Positions 34,850 through 47,756 of a DNA stretch of 64,000 bases are shown here, in pieces. A model generated the notes under the pieces. It had not been told where the DNA came from and did no database searches. It was given only the letters and a program-made list of their open reading frames with translations. Made by a program: the position numbers and the translations under genes. The DNA comes from Azolla caroliniana (lineage: Eukaryota > Plantae > Polypodiophyta): positions 8,122,001 to 8,186,000 of the forward strand of contig JBHGNT010000013.1 of assembly GCA_043228905.1 (NCBI GenBank). Direction: 5' to 3'. Position 1 is the stretch's first letter. Each line of letters opens with the position of its first letter.

Positions 34850-36866
34850 TTTTCCATGTCGAAGTCGGACTCCTCACTTTTCATCTAGCAAGGTCGGAGT
34901 GGGCCGATTAGTATTTTACTTTACGTTGATGACTTTGTCATCATCAGTGCTGACCAAGAAGAAATTAGTCACGTCAAGTCTCAAGTAGCAGCATCATTCG
35001 ACGTGAAGGATCTGGGGGACCTTCATTACTTCCTCGTGATCAAAGTGATCCGCACCCCTGAAGGCATACTTATCAGCCAGCGACACTATGTGTTGAGTAT
35101 GCTCCTCAGGTTCGGCATGACAGAGTGCAAGTCCATCTCAAATCATCTGGATAGGAATGTGAATCTTTGCCCCGACTTCGGAACGACATGTGACCCGAAA
35201 AGGTTCTGACAGATAGTCGAAAGCCTTATATACTTGACCATCACTCGGTCGGACCTTAGCTATCCGGTCAGCTTGATTAGTCAATTCATGGCGCATCCGA
35301 CCGTGGTGCATCTTCAGTGTGCACAACGAATACTTATGTATGTCTGCGGCACTTGTTGTATCAGACCGATATTGTCGAACAGTTGGTCGGCTACACAGGT
35401 GTTGATTGGGCCAAAAATCTCGGCGATCACAGGTCTACATCGGGTTTGGCTTTTTCACTTGGAAGCGCCACGATCACCTGCAGTAGCAAGAAGCAGTCGA
35501 CGGTTGCACTGTCAAGCACGGAGGCCGAGTATCGAGGAGTAACTGTCACGATGTGCGAAGCCATATGGCTCAAAAGGCTATTGAAGGATTTGCAGGTGGA
35601 GGCATCTAATCCGACAACATCAACTGCATCCAAGTTGTGAAGAACTCCATCTTCCACGCCCAGACCAAGCACATTGAGGTGCACTATCATTTTGTCTATG
35701 AGCAAGGCCTTTCCGGTGAAGTCGAGCTGGTCTATGTTTCGATGGATCGGCAGACTACCGATATTCTCACCAAACCCCTTAGCTTGGACAAGTTGTAGCA
35801 ATTTTTGAGTGCGCTTGGTTCGCAACATCTCGATGTGTCGAACTTGAGAGGGAGAAATAGAGAAAGGAGTGAAAGAGACCAGAAATCCGGGTCAGATGAA
35901 GAGTTCGACTTCGGGTTGGCTGAGGAAGCTGAATACAGATACAAGGGGAGCCGAAGGGACGAGTCGGAGCTGGAGCCAACTGAACAAGGGGGAGGTAAAG
36001 CCAAGAAGGGCAAAGAGGCCAAGACCAAGACATGGTCGGATGTGGTCAAGGGCCTAAAGGAGGAAGACAAAGCGGAGACAATTGATCCAGTTGACCAAAT
36101 CGATTTGGACAAGCCAAATCATATAAAGTCCAAGTTGACGATAGGACAGTCGAAGCCCACACCAAAACAAAGGAATCATCGGGTCAATGAGCACTGAAGT
36201 CGCAACAGCGAGGGAGATGACAAGGCCCTTATGAGCAGACAAGCCAACCAAAAGGGTTGAGGTGTGCGAAACTAGAGAGGTCAAAAACGAAGGACTTGAG
36301 GGGTTGAGGAACGCAAAATTGAACCGAACAAGGAGTGCGAGCAAGGCATGGAGACGCTAGGAAGAGTCGAATGTTGACTCAAGGAGAACCTCAAGTTGAG
36401 CTTGAGGGGGAGTGTTGAGTGAGCAAGCTCAACTTGGGCAGGATCAATTGAAGAAGCCGAGAACCGGATCAGATTGGACCGATTGGTTAGGCCCGGATCA
36501 ACTGAAGAAGCCGAGAGCCGGATCGGATGGAAACCAATCGGTGAGACCGGATTGGTGGGAGCTGAAAGGCTGTTGGAAAGATATTCCGTGATGGAATATA
36601 TTTGGGAGTTAGTGTAGGGGCTCATTTATGAGCATTCAAGTACTGACAATACTTGTGTCAATCCTTTTAAGGACTTGTATAAAAGGGCTCTCTGAGCACA
36701 TTCGATGTACAGAATGAGCACCATTTTTTAATAGAGTTCTTTGTTGTCTATCTGTTTGCCTCTCTCTCTCTCACCTAGTCTACATATTCCATTCTCTGTG
36801 TTTTCTATTGCATTCCGGTTGAGCCGGTTGTGATCTATGTTTAGTTTCCGCACTGTAAGTCTTTCA
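34850..36866 (+). mobile_element. 5'-truncated Ale-like copia (B2): RT/RNase H, acidic extension, PPT, 3' LTR 36413-36866
   Basis: [42 protein letters not shown]; ttgagggggag then TGTTGAG. Confidence 0.88.
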
Positions 36867-36945
36867 TTTGTTTATCTCGCCCTTGTCCTTTTCTCTTTTC
36901 GGACAGTTCCTAGCATTCAAGTTGCAATTTGTTGGCAATGCAGAC
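36867..36945 (-). pseudogene. Tork-like copia RT fragment (host of B3; continues 43488-43530)
   Basis: Joined across the TSD, the minus strand reads LERFNMSEAKPVGSALPTNCNLNARNCPK, like LQRFNMSEARPVGSSLPANCKL in copia A. Confidence 0.75.
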
Positions 36946-37236
36946 TATTGAGAGACAAGCTCAACATTCGTGCGTAATACGATGCGTAACCTAGTGCGTA
37001 GACTAGGTGCGTAAATCGGTACGCATAACATGGCCGTATCAATGCGTAAACCGCGAGGCCGTTGGGAAAATATTCCTTATAAGGAATAATTTTGGGAGTT
37101 AGTGCAGTACGCACATTTATGAGTGGTCAAGTATTGTCGGTACTTGTGTCAGCCCGATTGTCAGGGCTTGTATATAAGGTGCTCACTGAGCACGAAGTAT
37201 GTACAAATTGAGTATTATTTTGAATTGAGTTTCTGT

Positions 37237-37295
<59 letters not shown>

Positions 37296-40200
37296 CGTAT
37301 TGTGTATATTCAAGCTCTCCATTAAACCTGCGTATTTTCTATGTCCACACATAATTTTTTTCATGGTATCAGAGTGCGAGGGTTGAGAACCTCTGCAGCC
37401 GACATAGCTTGAAAAGAAAACTAACCAAGAAGAATAGGAAAAACAAAATGGATAGAGGCATGGCGAGCTCGCTTCCTACCAAGAAGCTCGACAAAAACAA
37501 GTACGCGTCTTGGTCCTACAAGATGCACCAGTAGCTGCTCGGGCACGGTTACTAGAGCTATGTCGACGGAGCAAATGACACAGCACCCGAATCGACACAC
37601 TGAGATTTCCCGGCATGGGAACAGTCGGCGAGTAGAGTATTGTACTGCTTCACATCTTGTGTGGGTGAACAACTCCTGAGCTATATTCGGGATGCGAAAA
37701 TGCCAAAGGATTCTTGGGGAAATCTAAAGAAGATTTTTGCCGTGAGCACCACAGCCAGGAAGCTTCAACTCCGACAAGAGTTGAGCAATTTACGACAACG
37801 CGACTTGTCAGTGGCTGATTACACCTCGAAGATCAAAGAGATATATGCGACTCCTTAGCCTCTATCGATGTGAACGTCAAGGAAAGCGAGATGGTGCAAA
37901 TTTGTCTCGGGGGACTGGTGTTGAAGTTCGAAGCGTTCCGAACTACTGTGTGTACACGGGAGAATACGCCATCGTTTTTCGACTTACAGTCGATGCTCCT
38001 TATAGAGGAGAACCACGCGGGTGCGTCAACAAGCACCCATGCCGACAACAAGATGTTGTACACGGAGGGAGATAGGCCCCGTGGCCGTGGCGGACGAGGC
38101 GAGTCGGTGCGCAATGGAGGCGGCTGACGTGATCAAGGAAGGAGGCACTGAAGTGATGTCACAGCAATTCCGAACCCTCTGGAAATAGGGGGAGTCGAGG
38201 CGACAAGAACCGGCAAGGGAAATCTGTCACGGAATGCTGGTATTGTGGCAAAAAAGGCCACAGGGAGAGCAAGTGTTAGAAAAAGCGCATCGATTCAGAG
38301 AGAGCCGCGTCCCGATCAGGTCCCGGACAGACCGACAAAGGAAATCGGCAACGATTGCACTACGCCGAAGGATCCGGAAAAGAGTTATTCTTCGAGACGA
38401 GACACAAAGCAAACTCGATGAAGAAGCTCACCCCGAAGTCGGACGAGGTGTGGTACGTTGACTCCGGCGCGTCAAACCACATGACGTGCCACAAGGAGTG
38501 GTTCTCATACCTTGAGAAACCGATGCAACCGGGAGTAGTCGCAACCGGAGACGACACTCCCCATCCGATCGCGAATGTCGGTGAAGTTCCCCTGAGCCAT
38601 GTCGGGCAAAAAGGGAAACTCATGAACGTGTTACACGTTCCAACAATCACGAAGAACCTATTGTCAGTCGAACAGATCGTCGACCAGGGGATGCAGGTTC
38701 AGTTCACGCATCTTGGGTGCTTCATCGAGGAAGAAGGCCGAGTTATTGTGCCAGGGCGCAAAGACAAGAGGATGTTTATCCTCGACTCTAGTGACGGTGG
38801 CACCGCAATGTTCGCGAAAGGACAAAAAATCAAGTCGGATATCGACTTATGGCACAAGCGGATAGGCCACATCAACTATCAACGGCTTCAAGACTTGCAA
38901 TCGAAACAGGTGGTGTTCGGATTGCCCAAATTTAGTGGTCGGAATGCACGAATTTGTGAAGCCTGCCAACTAGGGAAGCAACACCGACTTCCTTTCCCCA
39001 ATGAGCGTAACCGGAGTCGGAACAAGCTCGACTTGATACATTCCGATGTATGGGGGCCAGCACAGAACGTTAGTCTTGGTGGGAGTCGATATTTCGTCTC
39101 CTTCATCAACGACTTTACGTGGCACACGTGGATCTACCTCATTGAGAAGAAGAGTGAAGTCTTCGATTGTTTCCGTGACCTCAAGAGTTTCGTCAAAAGG
39201 GAAACAAGAAGAAAGATCAAGTGCTTGCGGTCGGATGGCGGAAAAGAGTACTTTTCCGGTCAATTCAACGGCTATCTGCATTAGATGGGAATTCGGCGCG
39301 AATTCAGTTGTAGATACATGCCGGAGCAAAACGGCGTGGCCGAGAGGAAGAACCGATCAATTGTAGAAGCGGCACGGGCAATGCTGGAGGAGAAGAGCTT
39401 GCCCAAGTTCTATTGGGCGGAGGCGGTACGAACCGTGTTATACATCCAGAATTGGATCAAAGAAAAAGTGTTGGTGCATGAGCAGTATTTCGGAAGGAAG
39501 CCGAACCTACGACACTTGAGAGTCTTCGGTAGCATTGCATATTTTCATGTACCGAAAGAGAAACAAAGGAAGTTGGACGCAAAAGCCAAGAAGTGTATCT
39601 TGGTCGGCTATTCGGACAAGCAGAAGGGTTATAAGTGTTATAACTCTTGCACCAAACAAGCGGGTGTGGGCCGCAACGTTGTGTTTGACGAGTCAACGTC
39701 CTGGTACTTGCCTTCGACTCCGGAACTCACCCCTAAACCAAGTTCTAACAATGAGGTCAGCGAGGCCGACATGCCTCTGGATGAGCCTAAAATCGGGACC
39801 CGCGAAGAGAGTCCGATTTCGGTTCGGTTAAGCGGACCGGATGGATAACTAAGTCGGTTTGACCAGTCCGATGAAGAGCCGGCGAGTAGTGGAGACTCGG
39901 TCGTGTATTCCCAGCGTAGGAAGCCGAGGAGGCGGCTACGCGCAAGGAAAAAGGGAAGAACAAGGTGTCGGATTACAGCACGGATAGGAACAAGTCAGAT
40001 TGACGCAAGTCCGACTCCGAGGGAAGTGATGACGGGTCTTCGAGAGCGAAGTCCGCATCGGCTAAGAAAGCCTCAACATCTGCTAATGAGCAATTACCCC
40101 GATCTACCCGTCAAAAGAACCTTGTTGTGTGGTTCGGATACAATGAGTACATGATGCATCACTATGCGTACATGACCCATGTAGCGGAAGTGCGTGCGCC

Positions 40201-43200
40201 GGAGAGCTACACAGAAGCTGCGAAGGACGCAAATTGGCGCGCCGCAATGGAGGATGAGATGTGCGCATTAGTGGAGAATGAAACCTGGGACCTGGTTGAT
40301 GCACTGAAAGGTGTGAAGACGATCATATGTAGGTGGGTGTACAAGGTCAAGTACAACACTGACGGCTCAGTCAACCGATACAAGGCCTGATTAGTAGTGA
40401 AAGGCTACATGCAGAAACATGGCATCGACTACGATGAGATGTTTGTGTCGGTCGTGAAGATGACGACCATCCGTGTTTTGCTCGCGGTAGCTGCGGCAAA
40501 GGGGTGGCACTTACATCAAATGGATGTAAAGAATGTGTTCCTGCAAGGTGAGCTTGAGGAACAAGTGTACATGGTACAACCCCCTGGATTTCACTCCGGA
40601 AATAGCACTTCGGCAGTGTGCCGATTGAAGAAGTCCCTTTACAAACTAAAGCAAGCCCCGCGTGCCTAGAATGCGAAGATCACGCAACGTTTGCGATAGT
40701 TGGGCTTTACAACGTCAAAATTGGACTCCTCACTGTTCATCCAGAAAGGTCGACTCGGGCCGGTTAGCATTTTACTTTATGTTGATGACTTGGTCATCAC
40801 CAAAGCCGACCTAGGTGAGATTGACCGCGTGAAGCTCCAACTTGCGGCATCATTCGACATGAAGGATCTGAGGGACCTTCATTACTTCCTCAGGATCAAA
40901 GTGATCCGCACCCCCGAAGGCATACTAATCAGCCAACGACATTACGTGCTGAGTATGCTCTTCAAATTCGGGATGGCCGATTGTAAGTCTGTCTCGACTC
41001 CTCTGGATAGAACTGTCAAGCTTCGCCCCGATTCCGGAAAGGTATGCGACCCGACGAGGTTCCGACAAATAGTCGGGAGCCTTATATACTTGACCATCAC
41101 CCGACCAAATCTCAACTACCCGGTCGGGGTGATTAGTTAGTTCATGGCGCAACCGACCGAGGAGCACCTTCAGTGTGCACAACGCGTACTCCGGTACGTC
41201 AGTGGCACTAAGGACTGGGGGCTACTATATCGGACCGATACTGCCGCGCAGTTGGTCAGTTACACCGATGCTGATTGGGCTGGAAACGCCGGCGATCGCC
41301 GATCCACGTCCGGTTTCGCGTTCTCTCTTGGGAGTGCCGCAATAGTGTGGAGTAGCAAGAAACAGCCGACAGTTGCGTTGTCGACCACCGAAGCCAAGTA
41401 TAGAGGAGTGGTTATCGCGACGTGCGAAGCCATATGGTTGAAGCGGCTACTTAAGGATCTGCAGGTGGAGGTATCCGATCCAACGACAATCTACTGCAAC
41501 AACCTCAGCAACATCCAGCTAGCAAAGAACCCCGTCTTCCACGCCCGGACTAAGCACATTGAGGTGCACTACCATTTCGTCCGTGAGCGTGTCCTTTCCG
41601 GTGAAGTCGAACTTTAGTATGTTACGATGGATCGGCAAAACGCTGACATCTTCACCAAGCCCCTTGGTCTGGACTAGTTGCGGCAATTCTCGGGTGCACT
41701 TGGGTTGCGTTACCTCGATGTGCCGAACTTGAGGGGGAGAGATGTCCGTGATGACCACGGAAGGGAGCAGGAAAGGAGCGGAAAAGATTGTGACGCTGAG
41801 TCGGATGACGAATTCGATCTCGGATCGGCTGAAGAAGCCGAGGGCGGATCCGCGGAAGAGTCCGAAAGCGGACATAAGGTGAGCAGTCAAAAGAAAGAGC
41901 CGAAGCCAACCAAGCGTGGGGGAGACGAAGCCATCAAGGGCGAGAAGACCGAAGACGAGTTGGAGACAGCCAACTCGGACAATAGCAAAAACCGATCGGA
42001 GGAAGCCGAGTCGGTTCGGATGTTTGATTCGGATACGTTGTCGTAGTGTAATTTGCACACTACGTGAAAAATTACATTTTTGGTCTCTCCGGATAGGGCA
42101 TGGAGTACCCGGTGAGAACCGGAAGAAGGAACCGATAAGGACCGAAACCGGTAAGGAGACCCTGCAAGAGCCGGATGAAGCAGAACCGGTAAGAGCCGGA
42201 TGAAGAAGGCCGGTGAGAGTCTCTCACCAGATGAAGAGACATATTTGTAAATAGAAGAAAGTATAAAATTATATATATTACATGCATAGGGCAAGATTCG
42301 AACCTTGCACCTCCATGTTAATAATGTTAAGCCTTATCATTATACTAGCGTATTATGAATTTTAAAGTTATACTAAACTTTATCCCATGTAAAATTTCTA
42401 GATATGCATGGTACAAAAAGTTATTCGTGCATAGACACTCGAGTTAAAAGAAAAGATGAGATAGAAAGCTAATCATGCACATGCAGTGTGCATGAAAACT
42501 AAAAATAGGAAAAGCATGATGCTTGCATGTAATAAACTTAGACTCTTCCAACACTATATAAGGAAGAGAGAAAGATGTATAGAGGTTGTTGATTATTTTA
42601 CAAGGGTTGATTAATATAATATAATCGTGGGATCCACGAGTTTGCTAACTATTTTTTCTCTCTTAATTTGAGTACTCACTAATACACTATGCTCGTGGGA
42701 TTCACGAGCTTTTCATATCTTTCTTTCTTACAATATATTTCATATTCTTAATCGCCTTAGAATTTTCTTTCCTCCTAGTCCAAAACCCCAACGGTTCCCA
42801 CCCGACTCACGCAACGATCCAAAGCCGTAAGGCACGACAACGCTGAATCAACCAAGGGCCAAGCAGAAGAGAAGGCAGCAGAAGAGGCGCCAACACCGCA
42901 ACAGCAAGGAAGCTGAGAAGGGTCGTGTAAGCATACAAGCCGACCGGAAGGGTCAAGGCGTGCGGATTCGAACGGGTCGAGGAGCGCGAGCGAGGCGTGA
43001 AGCCAGAAGGAACCGGAGCGTAGATCCGGCGGAGCAGGTGGAACCTCAAGTTAAGCTTGAGGGGGAGTGTTGAGAGACAAGCTCAACATTCGTGCGTAAT
43101 ACGATGCGTAACCCAGTGTGTAGACTGGGTGCATAAATCGGTACGCATAACATGGCCTTATCGGTGCGTAAACCGCGAGGCCATTGGGAAGATATTCCTC

Positions 43201-43358
43201 ATAAGGAATAATTTTGGGAGTTAGTGTAGTACGCTCATCTATGAGTGGTCAAGTATTGTCAGTACTTGTGTCAGCCCGATTGTTAGGGCTTGTATATAAG
43301 GTGCTCACTGAGCACGAAGTATGTACAAATTGAGTATTATTTTGAATTGAGTTTCTGT

Positions 43359-43395
<37 letters not shown>

Positions 43396-43482
43396 CGCGT
43401 ACTATGTATATTCAACCTCTCCATTAAACTTGTGTATTTTCTGTGTTCGGTTTTCTATTGCTTCCACACATAATCTTTTTCA
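36946..43482 (+). mobile_element. Full-length but decayed Ale-like copia (B3)
   Basis: LTRs 36946-37363 (TG>TA) and 43068-43482; TSD CAGAC at 36941-36945 and 43483-43487; PBS TGGTATCAGAG at 37364. All domains are present with multiple stops (WYVDSGASNHMT, IHSDVWGP, LLYVDDL, YTDADWAG, ARTKHIEVHYHFVRE). Confidence 0.93.
42039..42790 (+). mobile_element. Solo-LTR-like insertion with C/E-type terminus, mosaic internal structure
   Basis: Starts TGTCGTAGTGTAATTTGCACACTACGTGAAAAA, like the E LTR start TGTCGTGTGAATCTTCACACACTATGTAAAAAA. Left flank ACGT, right flank ACGG after ..CCCCA; TATATAA near 42555. The right boundary is less certain. Confidence 0.65.
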
Positions 43483-43529
43483 CAGACCCTACTGGTTTAG
43501 CTTCTGACATGTTAAATCTTTCCAAGATT

Positions 43530-43993
43530 TAGGGTTCTGGCAAGTTTCACTCCACTATGCCTACACGCACACTCTCTCAAGTCTCACTTCTCTTTTTTTG
43601 TTTCACTCTGCTACAGTCAACTATTCTACACAATTCTACTACTTCTTCTCTATAGAGTTTGCCCTAACTCCACATATTTATAGATGGGAATAAGTTACTA
43701 TTAGATAATAATAATAACAGTCGTTAATCAGCCAACTGATCGAACTGACTATCTGACCCACATCCGAATGATCAAGGTCGGACAGTTGAGTCGATTCTAC
43801 TAGCCAACTTCTATGTCTATTATCAAGTTGGTGCGACTAGTAGACTTTGTCATTGACCATCCAGTCGGCCTATCCCTCACTTGGTTCGTCCAAACAATAC
43901 AGTTGACTACTAAATGGACTCGTTGGTCGATCCGACTAACCGACTAGACTTCGGTTGTCAACTTCTCCCATTGTGAGGGACAAAGTTCTAACA
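43530..43993 (-). repeat. Truncated Tork-like LTR (minus strand)
   Basis: The minus strand begins TGTTAGAACTTTGTCCCTCACAATGGG, similar to the copia A LTR start; it joins the RT fragment by deletion. Confidence 0.6.
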
Positions 43994-44073
43994 ATAGATA
44001 TGAAGTTAATGATGATGATGATGATGATGCGAAGATAATTGAGAACCTATCAGTTATCTAGCAAACAAGATGG

Positions 44074-44076
<3 letters not shown>

Positions 44077-44110
<34 letters not shown>
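44077..44110 (+). repeat. (GA)n microsatellite; similar tracts in paired LTRs at 26494-26535/32886-32910 and 37240-37292/43361-43393
   Basis: Directly visible; lengths differ between sister LTRs. Confidence 0.95.
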
Positions 44111-44112
<2 letters not shown>

Positions 44113-44129
44113 TGCTCAAAGAAGTCTAT

Positions 44130-44830
44130 CTTTCATTAACATTCTAACTCACTTTACAATATGAACAGTTAGCTACTTATATAGTTAGATTAATTATGTT
44201 CACACAATAGATACAAAGTGCGCAGAGTGGGACTTTTATCCCAACAAGCTCTTGGTATAGTAGTAAAGGTAAGTTGGCGTTTAGAAAATGGCCTAGACAT
44301 TTATAACCTACCTCCTCTTAGATACAACCAAGGTATATATACAACTTTAATCTTTCATGGGGACAATAATAAAGTGATAGGCCAAGAAATATGGCAAATT
44401 TATACTTAACATAGATGAATCAACTCATTAGAGTCAGTCCTATCTAAAATCTTTTCCTATAAGGTACATTTCTTTGAGTTGGGTTTTATTATACAACCAA
44501 AATATCTAGATACGTTCATACCACATGTAAAAATGGTTACTATTGGATAAATTAAAGGATCATCCCACTGACTTGAGATTGAAAATGGTCATGTGATGAA
44601 GTTCATATAGAGGAAAGTGTATGTAGATTATGTCACATAGAGATAGAAGATGAGTACCATTTTACATGTGAATATCCAACTTATGTGGAAATAAAGAAAA
44701 ATATCAAGACATACTTGGACTCTCCCCCAATTACGTTCATAGAGAGAGTAAGCTACAAAATGTGGACGATGAATGTGGACGATGAATGTGGACACACCTA
44801 CGTCATTCAACCTCTCCCTCTTTGAAGTAG
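44130..44830 (+). mobile_element. Highly degenerate LINE ORF2 3' fragment (RTE-X/L2-like C-terminus)
   Basis: Traces SSH*LEIENG..IEDEYHFTCEYPTYVEIKKKY (44555-44705) resemble the SSHxLxIExG..EDExHFxxxCPxY motif; it follows a (GA)n tract. Confidence 0.5.
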
Positions 44831-45145
44831 AAAACCAATTTTAGAGTAACCAAACACTATTGTGATCTGGAGAGCGCATAGGAGGAACCTAGTTAAACTA
44901 GAAATATATAGAAGGTTGAAGGATAAAGCAAGGCATAGTACGTAAAATTCGTGTTCGTGGTATTTACCATTCTTCGAGGGTGTTTACCATACTCGAATGC
45001 ACGTATGGTTCATACTATGAGGCAAGGATATGGTAAAGGAGTGCATGCAAGGTGGGGAAAAAAAACGAGGTGCATGCTAAATAAACAAATGCTCACTATT
45101 TTTATTTGCACAAGGTGCTCTTATGACATATGAAAGGGAAAATAT

Positions 45146-46114
45146 GTACTCATGAAAACACATGGCTGCGTAAGGTCAGTTGGGACCCTTTGCAATGGAC
45201 ATGGCGTGATCCCTACGCAGGGCAAGGAAGCAAACCCATCCCTTTCTTCCAATTCACAACTAGATTGGGTCGCCACATTCTAGCTGCTCAAGTCGACCGA
45301 GAACCGGCTGCTGCAAAGGTCTGGCGCACATTTCAAGTTCCCTCCGCAATAATCACCAAGTTTTGGCAGAAAATCTGGAAGCAACAACACGCGAGGCGAA
45401 TTACCACTTTCCAATGGTTGTTAATACATAAGTCCCTACCGGTGGGAGCATGGCAACGTGGGAACCTTAACTCTCCTAATTGTGTAGAGTGCCCACACTC
45501 AGTAGAATCCATACGACACGCTCTGTGGGACTGCCCAACGTCCCATAGAACATGGCGGGGGGTTGGCCGCTTGTTGTAGTTATGCCAGGTGCAAGGTTCA
45601 ATCAAGTGGGGAAATATATGTTGGCTATCATGGCAGGCTGCAATTGGCCGATACGAGCATCAGGAGGAGGGGATGACTTTGGTGATAAAAGCACAAGAGG
45701 TTCTTTTCTCCTCCAGCGACAATGTCCACTATTTTCCTCTTAATGAAAAATCTCAAGAGGTGGTGGATTTGGTCAGCCCAATAACCCTTTGGATTCTATG
45801 GAAACAACGATGTAGGCGAGTCTTCTGCAACCAAACCACCCATCCAACAAGGTTACTGCAAGAGATATGGAGTGAAGTTGTAGCCACTCTGAAGAGCCAA
45901 TATGATGGCCTTAAAGGTGGCTCTGAGGGAGTTGAAAGACAACGCATAGCCTTCATCCAACAATGGTCGTCCTCTCCCTTTCTTGAGTCAGTGGGCTTCC
46001 ACATTAGATGGAACTATCGCGTCCCTTTAGGGATTTGTACATAATCGCCTCATTTGTAAAATTTTATAACTAATGGAAGGAGTTTTTTTTTGGAAAAAAA
46101 AAAGAAAAAAAAAA
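45146..46114 (+). mobile_element. 5'-truncated L1-clade LINE (zf-RVT C-terminus) with poly(A) and TSD
   Basis: CVECPHSVESIRHALWDC and TLWILWKQRCRRVF motifs; A-tail 46094-46114; TSD GAAAGGGAAAATAT (45132-45145) vs GAAGGAGAAAATAT (46115-46128), 12 of 14 matching. Confidence 0.88.
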
Positions 46115-47756
46115 GAAGGAGAAAATATAGCTTACTCAAGAAAGGGGTAAAACTTTAACCTACAATTAATTCTTACTATTTCATCCTTTCATTTTGTATT
46201 CACTAATAATTTAAACTTCATATGATATACTTTTGTTTCACGAAAACATAACTCTCACACGTATAAACTTACTCACTCCTTATATACGAACAAAAAACAC
46301 ATATCACTGATCAAGTATATATATACACATACATACATACATTTAAAATACACTTGCATACCTACACACATAAGCAATTACAAATATAAATAAATAAATA
46401 AATATATATATATATATATAAACTTATACCCATGCACATTTCAATACTTATATTCACATGTATTTTTGTTTTCCAGAAAAGAATATACTCCATTATTTAA
46501 ATATGTCCTTTTGTACACAACTTTAGTCCCCTTATCAGGTAGTTGTTACTTAAATTATCCTATCATTCACAGCCACTATATACCCTGCGTCAGTTGTACA
46601 AAAGCTCGCTACCATACATCTACTTACATCTGGGTGACATTTCATATTTATCTTACACTTCCGCGTATGTCTCTAGCCGATCTATACTTGGTTATGTCTA
46701 TTTACTAGTTATCCTGCCAATTTCCATACACATCATTATCATTCAATAGCCCACATGTATGTTCCATTTGGGTACCACATATTGCCATCGTATATCCATT
46801 CCATTTTCTACAGCCATGGGTGCAGTACACCACATGTATTCGTACACAAAGATATACTATAAAGACAAATTATTTACACACATAGTTACACACATATAAC
46901 ATGTTAAGAATGTATGCATATGCCCTCTAACCCATATACATGATATAATCAAACACGTAAATTTATGCATATAAAAATATAAATTAATCATAAAGAAATC
47001 ACATAAATAATCTAACCTAACTAACTTGCACTTATAAAGATCTACTTCCAAAGCATATACCTTCAAAGACATCATACATCCTCAACGTACAAAAGCACTA
47101 AAGAGGAACTATTACAAGGGCCGAAAGCAACGATTCGAGGCAATCCATTCTTACTAAACACATCTTTAAGTATTGAACATATAAACTCGACATCCTATCC
47201 TCTCTGGTTTAAGTCCCTACTGGTCCTGCTTAAATTTCACATGCACACTCATAACTTTGCGACAACGCCCTTGAATACCAAGCTTCAAAGTCACTCATTG
47301 TAGTGTACTAAACTTGAAGAAGATAAGGGAACGTGAGTTATTCCGCCTAGAAGATATGGTTGCGATACTATTTATATCGAGACCCACGAGCCACACCTAT
47401 ATCAAAACCCGTCAATATCCCACTCCTTTTTAAGAGACTTGGATGGACATAAAATTAGTCGAGCAACACATAACCATTTCCTTTGCATAAGATATTACAC
47501 CCCATCACACTTTGTACCACACTATAACTCTTTTATTTATGGTCCCTTTTCCCATTATTATTTTCTTTTCTTTTCGATTATTGGGTACACGTCATATTGT
47601 TGTAATCGTTTATCTCGTGGGTCAATTTTGGTCATAGAAAATGTTAACATGTCTTCATTTCTCTCTTTCTTAGAAGACATCATCTCTCCCTCTCTACCCT
47701 TTTATTTTTTATTGTAATTAGTTTCTTTCTCTCTTTCTTCGAGGACATGATCTCGC

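Noticed and set aside
46130-47750. Coding potential in AT-rich intergenic DNA (also 51420-52900)
   Set aside because: Only short low-complexity ORFs with no motifs or consistent splice pattern.
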